A stretch of 64,000 bases of DNA from Squalus acanthias (GCA_030390025.1 CM059433.1:22570001-22634000), one strand, 5' to 3'. Shown: positions 1 to 11,246, counted from the stretch's first letter. Translations and numbers: made by a program. Notes: generated by a model from the letters alone, not told the origin.

Positions 1-108
1 AACGTTAACTCTGTTTCTCTCTCCACAGATGCTGCCTGACCCGCTGAGTGTTTTCAGCATTTTCTGGTTTTATTTCAGATTTCCAGAATCCGCAGTATTT
101 TGCTTCTG
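1..108 (+). mobile_element. 3' end of Penelope-like element (family A), cut by the window edge
   Basis: Near-identical to the 3' tail of the element at 3301-4292 (aacgttaactctgtttctctctccac..gatgctgcc..gcagtattttgc). Confidence 0.85.
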
Positions 109-308
109 TTCAAAAAAAAAAATCAAACAAGTTTAGGTAGGCCTTCCACCAAGTGGAACAGGTTAATTTGAGTAAGTTCCAGTATAAGCCAGCTGGTATG
201 TGGAGAAAGACAGAAGAGTCCATTGTAAGTCTGAATGTGCCAATGGAAACAAAGTAAAAAATGTGGACTCTGAATAGAAAGCATGTAAGGATGATTGGAC
301 AGGTAATT

Positions 309-825
309 GGGCTGGAATTTCCTACGTTTTGGCCATCCATTTCTGGGTGTACACCGGGGCAGCCGACAGCGGAAAATTGGGCGGAAAGGCCCCATGTCAG
401 GTCTCTGCCAAAATATTTACCGGCTGCATTTCCCTCCGGTTCCATTGGGGGTTGTCATCTTGGGCCACTGCATTTTTGGCCTCCCCTGTTTATGAAGGAT
501 ACCAAGTGGATGGAGTTTACTGCAGGGCTACATTACTGTCAGTTATTAACCAATTGCCACTGATAGTAGAGAATGCCTCAGGGGAAGAGGTGCATGGATG
601 TGCTTGCGGTAGACCAGAGGGGTTCTAAACCTGAAGACCATAAGTACCCGGTGAGTAAGTTTTTTATTGGCAATATTTAAAGTTGGTTTTAATTATTTTT
701 AGCTTTCGTAAAGTGTTTTTGTAAACTTTCCTTCTTTAAGTTTCCTTAAAAAAAATTAAGTATTTTTATAGTCTCTTTATTGATCTTTAAGTTTTTTAAA
801 TTGATGCCGGGTGGTCCGTCCGGTT
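309..825 (+). mobile_element. Truncated Harbinger-type MITE (GC-rich hairpin end followed by AT-rich core)
   Basis: Starts ATT|GGGCTGGAATTT; same layout as 6736-7479 with a donor-like ggtgagtaagt before the T-rich tract; right end not found. Confidence 0.45.
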
Positions 826-844
826 TTATTCTTATTATTGTTTC

Positions 845-988
845 TTGTAACGATTTGTTACAACTGAATGGCTTGCTAGGCCATTTCAGAGGGAAGTTAA
901 GAGTCAACCACATTGCTGTGGGTTTGGAGTCACATATAGGCCAGACCCGGTAAGGACGGCAGATTTCCTTCCCTAAATGACATTAATG
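845..988 (-). mobile_element. SINE body fragment (same family as 20028-20284)
   Basis: Reverse complement matches 20050-20180 (taatgtc.tttagggaagga.atctgcc.tccttac..gtgactcca..tggttgactcttaact). Confidence 0.7.
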
Positions 989-1318
989 AGAAGTCGCACA
1001 ACACCAGGTTATAGTCCAACAGTTTTATTTAAAATTACGAGCTTTCGGAGCTCTGCTCCTTCTTCAGGTACAGTGAGGGAATACAAATCAATTACACAGT
1101 ATATATAGACAGAGAACAATGTGTCTGCAGAGATACAATCTGTTAGGGAGGCATTACATCAAAGACACATCAGAGTACAGCTAAGACAATGAGATGGGGT
1201 CACAGGGGGTCCAACGTGTCAAATGCTGCCGTCTGCAGTTAAGCTTTTAACTTTTTTTTTTAAACTGGAAAAACAGACAACGATGTCAAGTCACGTTCTG
1301 TAGTGTGACATGAACCCG
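987..1318 (-). mobile_element. Penelope-like element (family B) 3' UTR/pLTR fragment
   Basis: Homologous to 16791-17120 (tgagaagtcgcacaacaccaggttatagtccaac..gatgtcaagtcacgttctg); contains a hammerhead core. Confidence 0.85.
1036..1070 (-). ncRNA. Minimal type-I hammerhead ribozyme (Penelope family B)
   Basis: Minus strand: tac-CTGAAGA-a-GGAGC aga GCTCC-GAA-AGCT-C-gta; conserved core, stem II hairpin, palindromic stem III, short stem I. Confidence 0.75.
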
Positions 1319-1319
1319 A

Positions 1320-1658
1320 GAACCGGGCTGGGAGGAAGCATGCCTGCTCTTCCTGGCCCACAAGCAGTGCTGTAAGGGCACTTACCTTATTACTGAAGCT
1401 GTCCTCGCCTCCCTTGAGCTGCCGGGTTTCCCGAAAACCAGCCAACCAGGGTTAAACCTGGAAGACAGGTTTAATATGCGGCTCCCAGCCTCATTATAAT
1501 ATTTAAATGGCCAACCTGCCTCCTGGGAGCGGGTTGGCTGCCCTCCCCTTGTCCCGCCTCCGTTAAAATCGCGGGTTGGGGTCGGGTTTGAGATTTTAAA
1601 AATGTTTACATCTCACTCGACCCCAACCCACCTGTTTTTAGGGGTTAAAATTACCCCC
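1320..1658. mobile_element. Truncated Harbinger-type MITE
   Basis: Ends aaaattaccccc|TAA; internally similar to 39660-40021 (ccacaagcagtgct..acttacc..ctccc..atttaaa). Confidence 0.6.
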
Positions 1659-2034
1659 TAAGTCTCTGATGAAAAAATACAGGGTTGATGACTTCACAAA
1701 GGTCCACTTGACTGTGTCATGTAGAATAAGCATTGCAAAGCAGGAACCTGAGGACCTCAGAGATGATGAACCTTTATATGTCTGCCATTTCTTTCATGCT
1801 GAAGCAGTCCTATTTGGATGATCCAATAAATTCTTCTCAATGTCAGACAATTAAGATATCAACTATTTCAATACTTAAGTGGACAAGGTGTGAACAGTCA
1901 TCGCGTGTGCCGATAGTCCATTTACTTTTGACACCGGATGGCCTTTCATTAGACCTGGAAGAATTTAGCAATTTAACAGTTTATAAGCAAGTACAGAGCC
2001 AGAGAATGGGGTGGGTTAGGGTGGGGGCCGGGGG

Positions 2035-2333
2035 GTGGTGAGGGGATGTGGCGGGGGGAGGAAAGAACAAAAGGGAAGGTCTGTGATAGGGTGGAAGGCA
2101 GAAGTGATTAAATGACAAAAGGGATGATAGTGCAAGGCAAAAGGGGATGGTAATGGGACAAGTAAAGAAACAAGAGATGGGTCTAGAGGCGGTGTAAATG
2201 GCAATAGCAGAATCATTACCAGCAGCTGCTGTCCAAAAAATTGGGAGCAGTGGTTATGATCTGAAGTTGTTGAACTCAGTGTTGGAGTTGGAAGGTTGTA
2301 AAGTGCTCATCGAAAGATGAAGTTCTGTTCCTT
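2035..2333 (-). mobile_element. Penelope-like (family A) fragment
   Basis: Homologous to 60180-60490 and to the reverse complement of 3745-4100. Confidence 0.8.
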
Positions 2334-2756
2334 ATTTTCTGGCACAAAGAAAATGTGGCAGTCAGTGGTACACTGACTCTGGCTAATTGGCACCAGGTCC
2401 TTAAGTTTCACTTCAAAGTGAAACTTGTTTGCAATTTTAGGGCTTCCCAGGCTATATGTAAACCAGAAAGATATCTTTGTGCGGGAAATACATTTTCTAA
2501 GGTCAGCAACTAGTGGTTTAAACTGACTCTGCTAGAAACCAACCATCTTGCTTCATTTACAGCATTTATCCTGATTTCCCCCGTAGATCTACCAAAATAG
2601 GCTCAATAACTCCAATACAGCTACTGCGGAATGGACCCAGATCCCCTTGTGCAGTCATTACTGCAGACTCATTACTCCTTACTTTCATGCAGCTACTGTA
2701 GCAAGATCTCGTTTGTCAGTGTAATCATTACTGCAGAACCTAATTTTCTCTGTTCA

Positions 2757-3030
2757 TCACCCCAGCATCCCCCACTTTCATCGCTCCACCGTTGGTGGCC
2801 GTGCCTTCAGACGTCTAGGTCCTAAGCTCTGGAATTCCCTCCCTAAACCTGTTTGCCTCTCCACCTCTCTCTCCTCCTTTAAGACTGTTTAAAACCTACC
2901 TCTTTGACCAAGCTGTTCTAATATCTCCTTTGGCTCAGTGTCAATTTTTGTCTGATTATGCTCTTGCGAAGCGCCTTGAGACATTTTACTATGTTAAAGG
3001 CACTATATAAATGCAGGTTGTCATTGTTAT
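2757..3030 (+). mobile_element. L2 LINE 3' end fragment
   Basis: cctaagctctggaattccctccctaaacc..aaacctacctctttgacc..ctatataaatgca; matches the reverse complement of 18660-18900. Confidence 0.8.
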
Positions 3031-3300
3031 CCTGGGCCAGCAGGAGCACAACTTCTTGAGGAGGATCCTGCTGGGATTTTTTTTGCATCTTGTTCCTTTT
3101 TTTCCCTTACAACATTCAACAGAAAATTTTAATCAAACAAAAACAAACATTTTTTCTTGCTTCCGTTACTCGTTGTGAGGTTACTTGTACACATTTATCT
3201 ATTAAAATGCAGCTAATTTGAGGGCATTAGGGCCCTTTAAACCATAACCAGTGTCTAACTGGGGGCAAATCAGAATGTAATTACAATAGGTAATGAGTCA

Positions 3301-4292
3301 CGCATCTTCCCCTCACCTCCCCTTTCAGCATTCCGCAGGGACCGCTCCCTCCGCGACACCCTAGTCAACTCCTCTACCACCCCCAGCAGCCCTTCCCCTT
3401 CGCCCGGCACCTTCCCGTGCAAGCGCAGGAGATGCAACACATGCCCTTATACCACCCCCTTCCCACTGTCCAGGGCCCCAAACACCCCTTCCAGGTGAAA
3501 CAGCGATTTACTTGTACTTCCTGCAATTTAGTATACTGTATTCGCTGCTCATGATGTGGTCTCCTCTACACTGGGGAGACCAAACGCAGATTGGGTGACC
3601 GCTTTGCGGAACACCTCCATTCAGTCCGTAAGGGGGACCCCGAGCTCCCGGTGGCCTGTCACTTTAATTCTCCGTTCCACTCCCACTCAGACCTCACCAT
3701 CCTCGGCCTCTTGCATTGTTCCACGGAAGCTTAGCGTAAGCTCGAGGAACAGCACCTCATCTTTCGTTTAGGCATGCTACAGCCCTCTGGACTCAACATA
3801 GAGTTCAACAATTTCAGATCATAACCCCGGCCCCCATCACATATATATATATATATATATATTTTTTTTTTTATCCACCCTTTTGTTTGGCCTTTTTTTT
3901 CTTCCCTCCCAGAAGCTGGCAGCTGTCCTTCATTCTGCCAGCGCATTTCACACTTCATCTAGAGCCATCCTTTGTTCCTCAACCTGTCACATTACCACCT
4001 CCTCTTGCCTTGAATATCTCTTAATGTCTCTCAATGTCTCTTAATCTCTCCTGCTCTCTATCCTACCACTGACCTTCACTTTTGTTCTTTCATCCCCTCC
4101 CCCCTTTTCCCAGCATTATACTTGCTTTAAAATCTATTTCATTTCCTGCTTTTTTCCAGTTCTGACGAAAGGTCTTCGACCTGAAACGTTAACTCTGTTT
4201 CTCTCTCCACGGATGCTGCCTGGCCTGCTGAGTTTTTCCAGTGTTTTCTGCTGTTATTTCGGATTTCTAGCATCCGCAGTATTTTGCTATCG
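3301..4292 (+). mobile_element. 5'-truncated Penelope-like retroelement (family A): degenerate GIY-YIG endonuclease region plus 3' UTR/pLTR
   Basis: 14-bp TSD TAGGTAATGAGTCA (3287-3300 and 4293-4306); residual GIY-YIG coding (NLVYCIRC..LLYTGETKRRLGDRFAEH..VACHFN..EEQHLIFRL..GLN); hammerhead near the 3' end; (AT)n tract near 3840-3862. Confidence 0.92.
4158..4194 (+). ncRNA. Minimal type-I hammerhead ribozyme (Penelope family A)
   Basis: agtt-CTGACGA-a-AGGTC ttc GACCT-GAA-ACGT-T-aact; stem I agtt/aact, palindromic AACGTT stem III. Confidence 0.75.
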
Positions 4293-5419
4293 TAGGTAAT
4301 GAGTCATTGACTAGATCCACAAATCTCATTTGTCAATTCTGAGCCAGAAGAGGGATAATACAACAGTAACCCTATCAAACACCAGTACATCTCAACTGAA
4401 GGAGATTAAGGTAACACAAATTGTCCTTATCTTTCTGTTTGGAATAACGTTGGTTACTGTACATCCTTTAAACTACCATTGCTTGCCCCTTGATTCAATT
4501 GTAGGCTACACCGATTCCTTCAAGTTATGTCATTAAGTCACTTTGTTCAACTTGGTGGTAGTTCAGAATCCTGGCAACAAAAGCTAATCTAATCTTTTCT
4601 AGTTTCCTGCGCATAAGTTAACAATTTTTGGATGTTTTCCTGTAGTTATTTTTGTGGATGTTAAAAATTGATTATTTTTTTCACTTTTCTGCCCTTTCAG
4701 ATTATTGGGAAGGAGCCCTCACAATGGGAATAGATGGCACAAATGCTGTACTGTGCTTGTAGTCAGGCCATCTATAAGATCCCCTTGATTCCCATGTTCA
4801 GATAAGCAAGAGACCATGACCTAGGATCATATTACTGATTTAAAATTGTTAGCCAAGTTTTTCTTTAAGACTTTAGGACAGTGGCGGGCAAAATACGGCC
4901 CACGGGCCATATCCGGCCCGCCAAGGCCTGGCTTTGAGCTTCGAACACCCGCCACACCTGACCCCTAACCTGACCCCACCCCACGTGACATCAGGAGACG
5001 GGTCTTTGTCTCTGAGACAGCAGGGGAGTCAACATAGCAATGGGCCTTAGAGACGGGAGGCGAAGATACGGAGACTGGCAGCTGAGGTAGACAGAAGGCG
5101 GCCGGGAGTCGTGGGTTGGGCCACGGCCCCCCGGGGGGGAGGGCCTTTTACCGACGGCAGCGTGGCCCCTAAACCGGTGGAGAGCGGTGAGTGCAGCAGC
5201 GGGAGGGCGCAGGCTTGTTCCCCCCCAGCCCAGGCCCAACCCCCAGTGATGGGTGACTGATGGATGATTACCTGCTAACTAGTTATTAACTAATTAATGC
5301 AAAACTGATTTGTGTTTACTAATTAGCATTTTAATTATCTCAAATGTATTTATTTAATACTGATTATTTATACTAACTGATAATTAGTAAATTAGTTATT
5401 AGATTTATTCACTAACTTA

Positions 5420-5740
5420 ACACCCTCTGCTCATTAGGCAATTGGTGAGCAATTTAATTGTGCTCATTACTGTACTAATTACACAGCTATTAATAACAGC
5501 CCGCTGAGTTATTTAGTTAACACTAATTTTTACTAGTGTTCAACTAATTTACTGATCACAGACTATTTATTTACTACCTTAACACACGCCCAGCTCATCA
5601 AACAATTGGTGAGCAATTTAAATTGTGCTTATTAATTTACTAATTGCACAACTATTGTTCCCTAATTTCGGAACCTCATACTGATATATTTACTATTGTG
5701 ACACAAATTCTCTGCTCATGTTCAATCAGTTGAATGGTTA
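5420..5740. repeat. Degenerate AT-rich direct repeat inside the hAT element
   Basis: gctcat...caattggtgagcaattta(a)attgtgct.att recurs at about 5430 and 5593; partial third copy near 5714. Confidence 0.6.
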
Positions 5741-5794
5741 TTACTTTAATGATTTCACGTTTAACAGTTCACCCGTATAATAATCAAACACTTA

Positions 5795-6511
5795 GGGGGA
5801 GAAATTCGGTATCGCCCTGTTTGGGGTGCTAACTTTTAAAAGTTGAAAAAATTAGCTCCAGGTGCTAATGTTTCTCAACTTTTAAAAAATTCAGGGTTCG
5901 CGCTCCAGAAAGGAAGTGGAGCGCTAAATTAAACGCTCCACTTCCTTCCTGGAGCACAACAGGCAGCAGGCGGGGTGGTAGGTGAGCAGCGCTGCACACT
6001 GGGCCGTGCAGCACTGCCGCGTTGGAAGGCTCCTTCCCTCCCTTAAAGGGAAGGGCCATCGCTGCAGGCTCTGCAAGGGCAAAACTTACCTGGTCCTCGA
6101 CGACAGCCGCGATCCGGCCCGATCAGCCCGATGCACTGCAGCAGAGTGCCGGGCTGATCGAGCGCTGGGGAATAAAGGAAAAAAAACAGAAAACGAGCAT
6201 TTGATTATTTTTTTCCCTACCTCGGCCACCTCGCCTTTAAGTATCGCCCCCCAAAACGCCTGGCCTCCCGATGAACGTCTCCTGCAGCTGCTGGTGTTTT
6301 CGCCCGGCGATGCTGCAGGGGGCGAAACCGAAGTTCGGGTCCGGGATGTAACCGGGGCGATGCGCACGGCGATGACGTCACAATCTCATGGCGAAGGAGA
6401 TCGGGGTGCAACGCCATACTGCCACCGTAAACCTCCCGCTGAATTTAGCGGGAGGCGATATTACCCCCAGAGGCGATAACCGGAGGCGCAAAGGTACCCA
6501 ATTTCTCCCCC
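5795..6511. mobile_element. PIF/Harbinger MITE (CpG-rich)
   Basis: TIR GGGGGAGAAATT / AATTTCTCCCCC, TSD TTA; same terminus as the two-gene element at 33627. Confidence 0.9.
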
Positions 6512-6735
6512 TTATTTTTTTGCCAATTCATCACTAATTGGCTGAGGTTGAAATTTAGCAAGACGCAAAAAAATCTCTACTAGGATTTTGTAAAGTGATA
6601 GTGCAAACAATAAATTAAACATATTCTGGGATATGCTCAGGATCGAGCACATTCGGGGATCACTATGGTTAATGGACTGTAGTCTAATCCAAGCTTTCAC
6701 CTTGACTACACATCTTGTGTGAAAGGCCAGTTAAT

Positions 6736-7479
6736 GGGCCGAAAATTGATCCCGGGACGCGAGAGTACGCACTGCATACTCTCGCGTATTCCCACTCCAA
6801 TTGCCGGTTTTCTGCATGCCCTGCGCATGCGCTGAAAACCGGCAATTGCTCTTCCGAAAAGGGGGTGGGGCCTGGGTGCATCGCGTGCGCGCTACAGGCT
6901 GCGCGCACGCTGTGCACTTCATGCTTTGGACGCGCAGGTAAGTAGGGAAGATTTTGGAAATGTAAAAAGGAGGAGTAAGACCCGCTTTTAAGAAGGTAAG
7001 TAGTGAATTAAGTATTTTTTTGAATTTTTTTTTACAGGTATATCTTTTTTATAGACTTTAAAGACAGGTAAGTTTATTTTTATAACTTTTTAAAAGATTT
7101 TAAATTTTTTCAAAAATTTAATTTTTTATTTAAAATGGTTAATTTAATTAACTATACTTATTTTATTAATGTGATGGTTTTTTTTTTTAATTTAATTGAG
7201 GTTTAGCTGTTATTTTGGGGGGGTGTAAGATTCATAAGTCTCACAGCCATGCTGTGAGACTTATGAATGGAAGATGGTGTGCTGCCATTGGCTCTAACTG
7301 AGTCACGTGATCCCACAGCTCGCACGAATTCACTACGCCGCTGGGATACGCAAGCCCAGCACAGCTGATGTCTGGAACATCAAGTTCGTGCGAGCTGGAT
7401 CAGAAAAAGCATAAGCGAGGTGAGACATCGCGGGGAAGGCTTACCCCCGCGGGAACAGAGCGAGATCAATTTCTGGGCC
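6736..7479 (+). mobile_element. Harbinger-type structured MITE, copy A
   Basis: TIR GGGCCGAAAATTGATC / GATCAATTTCTGGGCC, TSD AAT; colinear with 29830-30571. Confidence 0.88.
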
Positions 7480-7577
7480 AATGTGAACATCTTTCGTGCT
7501 TGTGAATGGCAAGTTTCAGCACCAGCTGCTTATAGTCAAGTTTTGACAGAAGCAACTGGGGTAAATACCTTTTGCTT

Positions 7578-7715
7578 GCATAGAATATACTGCACAGAAA
7601 CAGGCCATTCAGCCCAACTGTTCTATACCAGTGTTTATAAGGACATAATAATTAGGAGCAGGAGTGGGTCATATGGCCCCTTGAGCCTGTGCTATTCAAT
7701 AAGATCATGGCTAAT
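7578..7715 (-). mobile_element. Two short CR1-type 3' tail fragments
   Basis: catagaa..cacagaaacaggccattcagccc and ggagcaggagt.gg.cat..ggcccc.tgagcctg..gatcatggct are reverse complements of CR1 3' ends seen elsewhere in the window. Confidence 0.6.
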
Positions 7716-7929
7716 CAAGTCGAGTAACCAGTTTTACAGTTATAATTATGGCATAATAATATCAATCGCTAAGATAAGTTTTGGATAAACCGGTATCATG
7801 GTCATTAGCATGTTAATAAGTGTTGTTATTTTTAAGTGTGGAAACAACATGAACGGTTCTTTATACAATAAATGCCAGAACAAATTTTAATGGTAGCTGT
7901 TGTTAACACAATTTATTTTATATGTGTGG

Positions 7930-8082
7930 CAATGTTCCCGCTAATTTTTTTGGGGGGTGCATGGCCCCTTTAAGGGTTCATTCAAATTTCCACGCATGCG
8001 TGGTTTTTCCATTTAAAAGCCACTGAGCGGCCTGCGCGGGACCTCCAGACCGCTGCGGCCACGCAGCTTAACGGGAACATTG
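7930..8082. mobile_element. Short hAT-type MITE
   Basis: TIR CAATGTTCCCG(C/T)TAA at both ends; imperfect 8-bp TSD atgtgtgg / gtgtgcgg. Confidence 0.75.
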
Positions 8083-9119
8083 GTGTGCGGCCCTCAACGG
8101 CTCACCAAAACTTGTTAAGTGGCCCTCCAGCCCAAATAATTGCCCACCCCTGCTTTAGGATCACATGGACACGCACATGGTAATGGAGGGGAGAGTCCAC
8201 AGCTGTCTAAATTCAGCCAGTATTTATTCACCACAATTACAAAAATACCACTATCTTAAACCTAAGCTGTGAAACACAAACTGATGTTTTTGCCACTCAA
8301 CTACACTTTTACATTTAGACGGACACTGTATACATTGTATAAACGTAGCATTTACAATTACCACCTAACGTATAGTGTTGCTGTGTGCATTGATGTACCC
8401 AATCCTGTTGATCGTGCATTACTGATAGCTAGTCATCAAAGTGCTATTTTAAGCTTGATCAATAAGAATGAATATGATTGTGACTGGCTGTGACTTAATG
8501 CCATGACTGAAAAAAACAGCTGAATACAGCAGAAAAAAGCAGTATGCATGTGCCATGTGCAGAGTATACTCAGCTGCTGCTCAAGATTAGATATTAGACA
8601 GTATCATAAGCCTCTGCACTGCTATCTTGTGACTGTAACACAATCCAAAACTGTTTTCAAAAACTGTCCAAGTATTTCCAAGGGCCACCGTTTTCCTACC
8701 ACTTTTACATCAGACTCAAAAAGACCTTCAAAACAAACTGAAAGCTACAGTGGATTTATGTTTTTAGGAGATGTTTATGGCAGATTTGAGTGAGACACAA
8801 CAGCAGTAGCATTTCAATATGCTGGGTTGGTGTCAATGATATGGTCAGTAAGAATATTTTCCTACCCCCTCCTTAGATAAATAGATTATAATTCCATCTA
8901 TGTCATCCTATAATGCTATTTCCTGACAATAAATAAATAAATATTCATTGATACAGCACATCTGAGTTTTTCTAGCACTGACTGCCCATTGGCCAGCCCA
9001 CTGTAATCTTACTCCTATTAGACATATCAACTGGAGATAGTTGGTTAAACATGGGACGCATATCCAGCAATTTGGCTATGACATCAGTGATAAAGATTAT
9101 CTGCTCACCAGCCTCTCAA

Positions 9120-9400
9120 GCCTTATCCTGCACAGACTCCAAAGCATCTGGCCCGCATCCTATTCGCTCTGTTCTCACCAACCTGCACTATCTCTCTCTC
9201 CACCAAAGTATTAGGATAAAAATCTTTGCCCTCATCTTTAAATCTTTCCATAACTTCAGCTTATCTGTGTAATTTCCTCCAGCCTTCCATCTCAGCATGC
9301 ACCTTCCAGTCTTCAACTCTGATTTACTGTCTATCCCCCTTCGTTTCATTTCACTTAACTATTATGCTCCTACCTATTATGCCCCTTAAACCTGTTTGAT
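9120..9400 (+). mobile_element. Highly degenerate L2 fragment
   Basis: Resembles the reverse complement of 18850-19120 (ctgtgctcgctgacctacat..ttttcaaatccctccat..tgtaacctcctccagcc). Confidence 0.5.
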
Positions 9401-10098
9401 ACCTGTCTCATTACATCCCCTAACTTCTCTCCTCCCTCTTCCATTGCTTTCCCTTTAATACACTTGGAGACATAATACTGCTTTGTGAAAGGTGAATGGT
9501 GACATGTTGTGGTAGTAATATACTCAGTATCATATGCAGCCTGTATGTTAACTAAGTAATAATTACTATGGTTATGATGAATATCCTCTCTCTCTGAGGT
9601 GTATGGTGCACAGATGAATGCATGTGAGTAATGAATAGTTTCTAAAACCTGAACCATAAACCTCCTGTTTAGCTTTTTGATCCAAGTAGAAACAGACTCA
9701 ACTCTCTTAACTAAAGCAACAGCTACCTGACTGATTTTTTATGCAAATCATTGACCCTACCCAGGGCAATGTGGAAGAGGTGCAACTAATTTGCTATGAG
9801 ATTTGCAGAAAAAAGCACACTAATTATTTGCTTTTTATATATTCAGGATAGGACATAAAACATGGTCACAGTTACGTGTTGCAATGCCTTGATAGACTGT
9901 CAAATCTTCTTAACATTCGCAAAATTTCTTCAAGTTCTGTACACCAAAATGAGAAGAGATGCTTTATGAGAATTTTATGGTCTGGATTAAATACATTACA
10001 ATATTCACAGTCCTAAAACCGGCACAGCAGAATAATGGTATTCTAAAGGTCAGTTATGCAATTGTATTATTCCCGGTTCAATGAATTTTAACAATAAT

Positions 10099-10743
10099 GG
10101 CGCGCCAATACCCGGAATTTGCAATCTGTCAAGAATCTTCTTGACAGATTGTAGCCATCCCTGGGAAAAGGGCCTCTGCGGGCGGAGATTTGAGCTATTT
10201 GCCCAACTACTGCCCAGCGAATGCCCGTGAAATTCTTACGCCTGGTAAGAGTTTAAATGAATGTAAAAATAATTTTTTTTCAATTATTTAAACATTAAAA
10301 CATCTGTAAAATAAGTTAAGGTTATTTTTAGCCCCTTCAAAACATTTAAATTTATTTTTCAAAAAATTAAATTTTTGTTTTAAATGTTTAATTAAATTGT
10401 ATTTTCATTCATTTTAAATATGTAACTTTTTAAAATGTATTTGTTATGTAAATGTGTTTTTTATGTGATCCCCATTCATGCTTATGGGAGTTCCGTACGT
10501 ATGGAATCCCCATAAGCATGAATGGGGATCCCCCTTCTTTCATTGGTTGGGCCGGCCCACGTGATCCCAGGGGTGCTTGCGAACCGCCTGTGCCCCTGAG
10601 ATACGTGGGCTTCTACGCATGTCTACGCAGAGAGGCCCAGGAGCGCGAGTCTCCGTGAATCCAGGACCATCAGGTAGGTTCGTAGGTTTATTGCCGATCG
10701 AGGCATCCGCCCACGGGAAGCCTCCGACCGCAAATTCAGGCCC
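10099..10743 (+). mobile_element. Harbinger-type structured MITE, copy C (left boundary uncertain)
   Basis: Right end gcaaattcaggccc|AAT; homologous to 41051-41747 (agggcctctgcgggcggaga..ttcttacgcctggtaa..ggcccacgtgatcccaggg). Confidence 0.8.
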
Positions 10744-11246
10744 AATATGTTTTGAAAACATGCTTTCATCTTCTAGTTAATCTCTATCACACCTATGGGC
10801 TAATTACTGCTTGTTGTTAACCTGTGCTAATTTGCTAATTGTAATGTTTGGTTGATATGTAAGCAGGCTATCAACATATGTCCTCTGGTATTGCTGAATA
10901 TCACCAAGCATATAAATAATCTCTCTTTCTTTGTATATTTACTATCAATATTCAGTTTGGACAGTTGTTTAAAGTGATTTGTCATTTTTCAAACATGCAA
11001 AGAAGTATCTTGTGGCGCATTACTAAGCACTACCTGGCAGTTTACAATACACTCTTTGAATTTAAGCAACATGATGAACTATCTTTTAATACATATATAT
11101 ACACATGGCAAATAATACATTCTTCCTTTTACAGAATGGATAAACAAGTGCATGGATTTTGGTCTCCAGTACTGACTGTAATAGTTGACTTACACCAATC
11201 ACCTCATCCAGAATAAATTTCCCAGCAATGATAGTGAGCCCGCCTT

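Larger units (their letters stand above)
4879..8152. mobile_element. Non-autonomous hAT (Charlie-like) DNA transposon with nested insertions
   Basis: TIRs CAGTGGCGGGCAA / TTGCCCACCCCTG; perfect 8-bp TSD CTTTAGGA (4871-4878, 8153-8160); subterminal GGCCC repeats. Confidence 0.9.

Noticed and set aside
5270..5760. CRISPR-like or regular repeat-spacer array
   Set aside because: Only two to three degenerate, irregular units inside a hAT element; no constant repeat or spacer length; eukaryotic context
5982..6479. 165-aa ORF
   Set aside because: Lies in a GC-rich MITE with no recognisable domain; long ORFs are expected by chance at this composition
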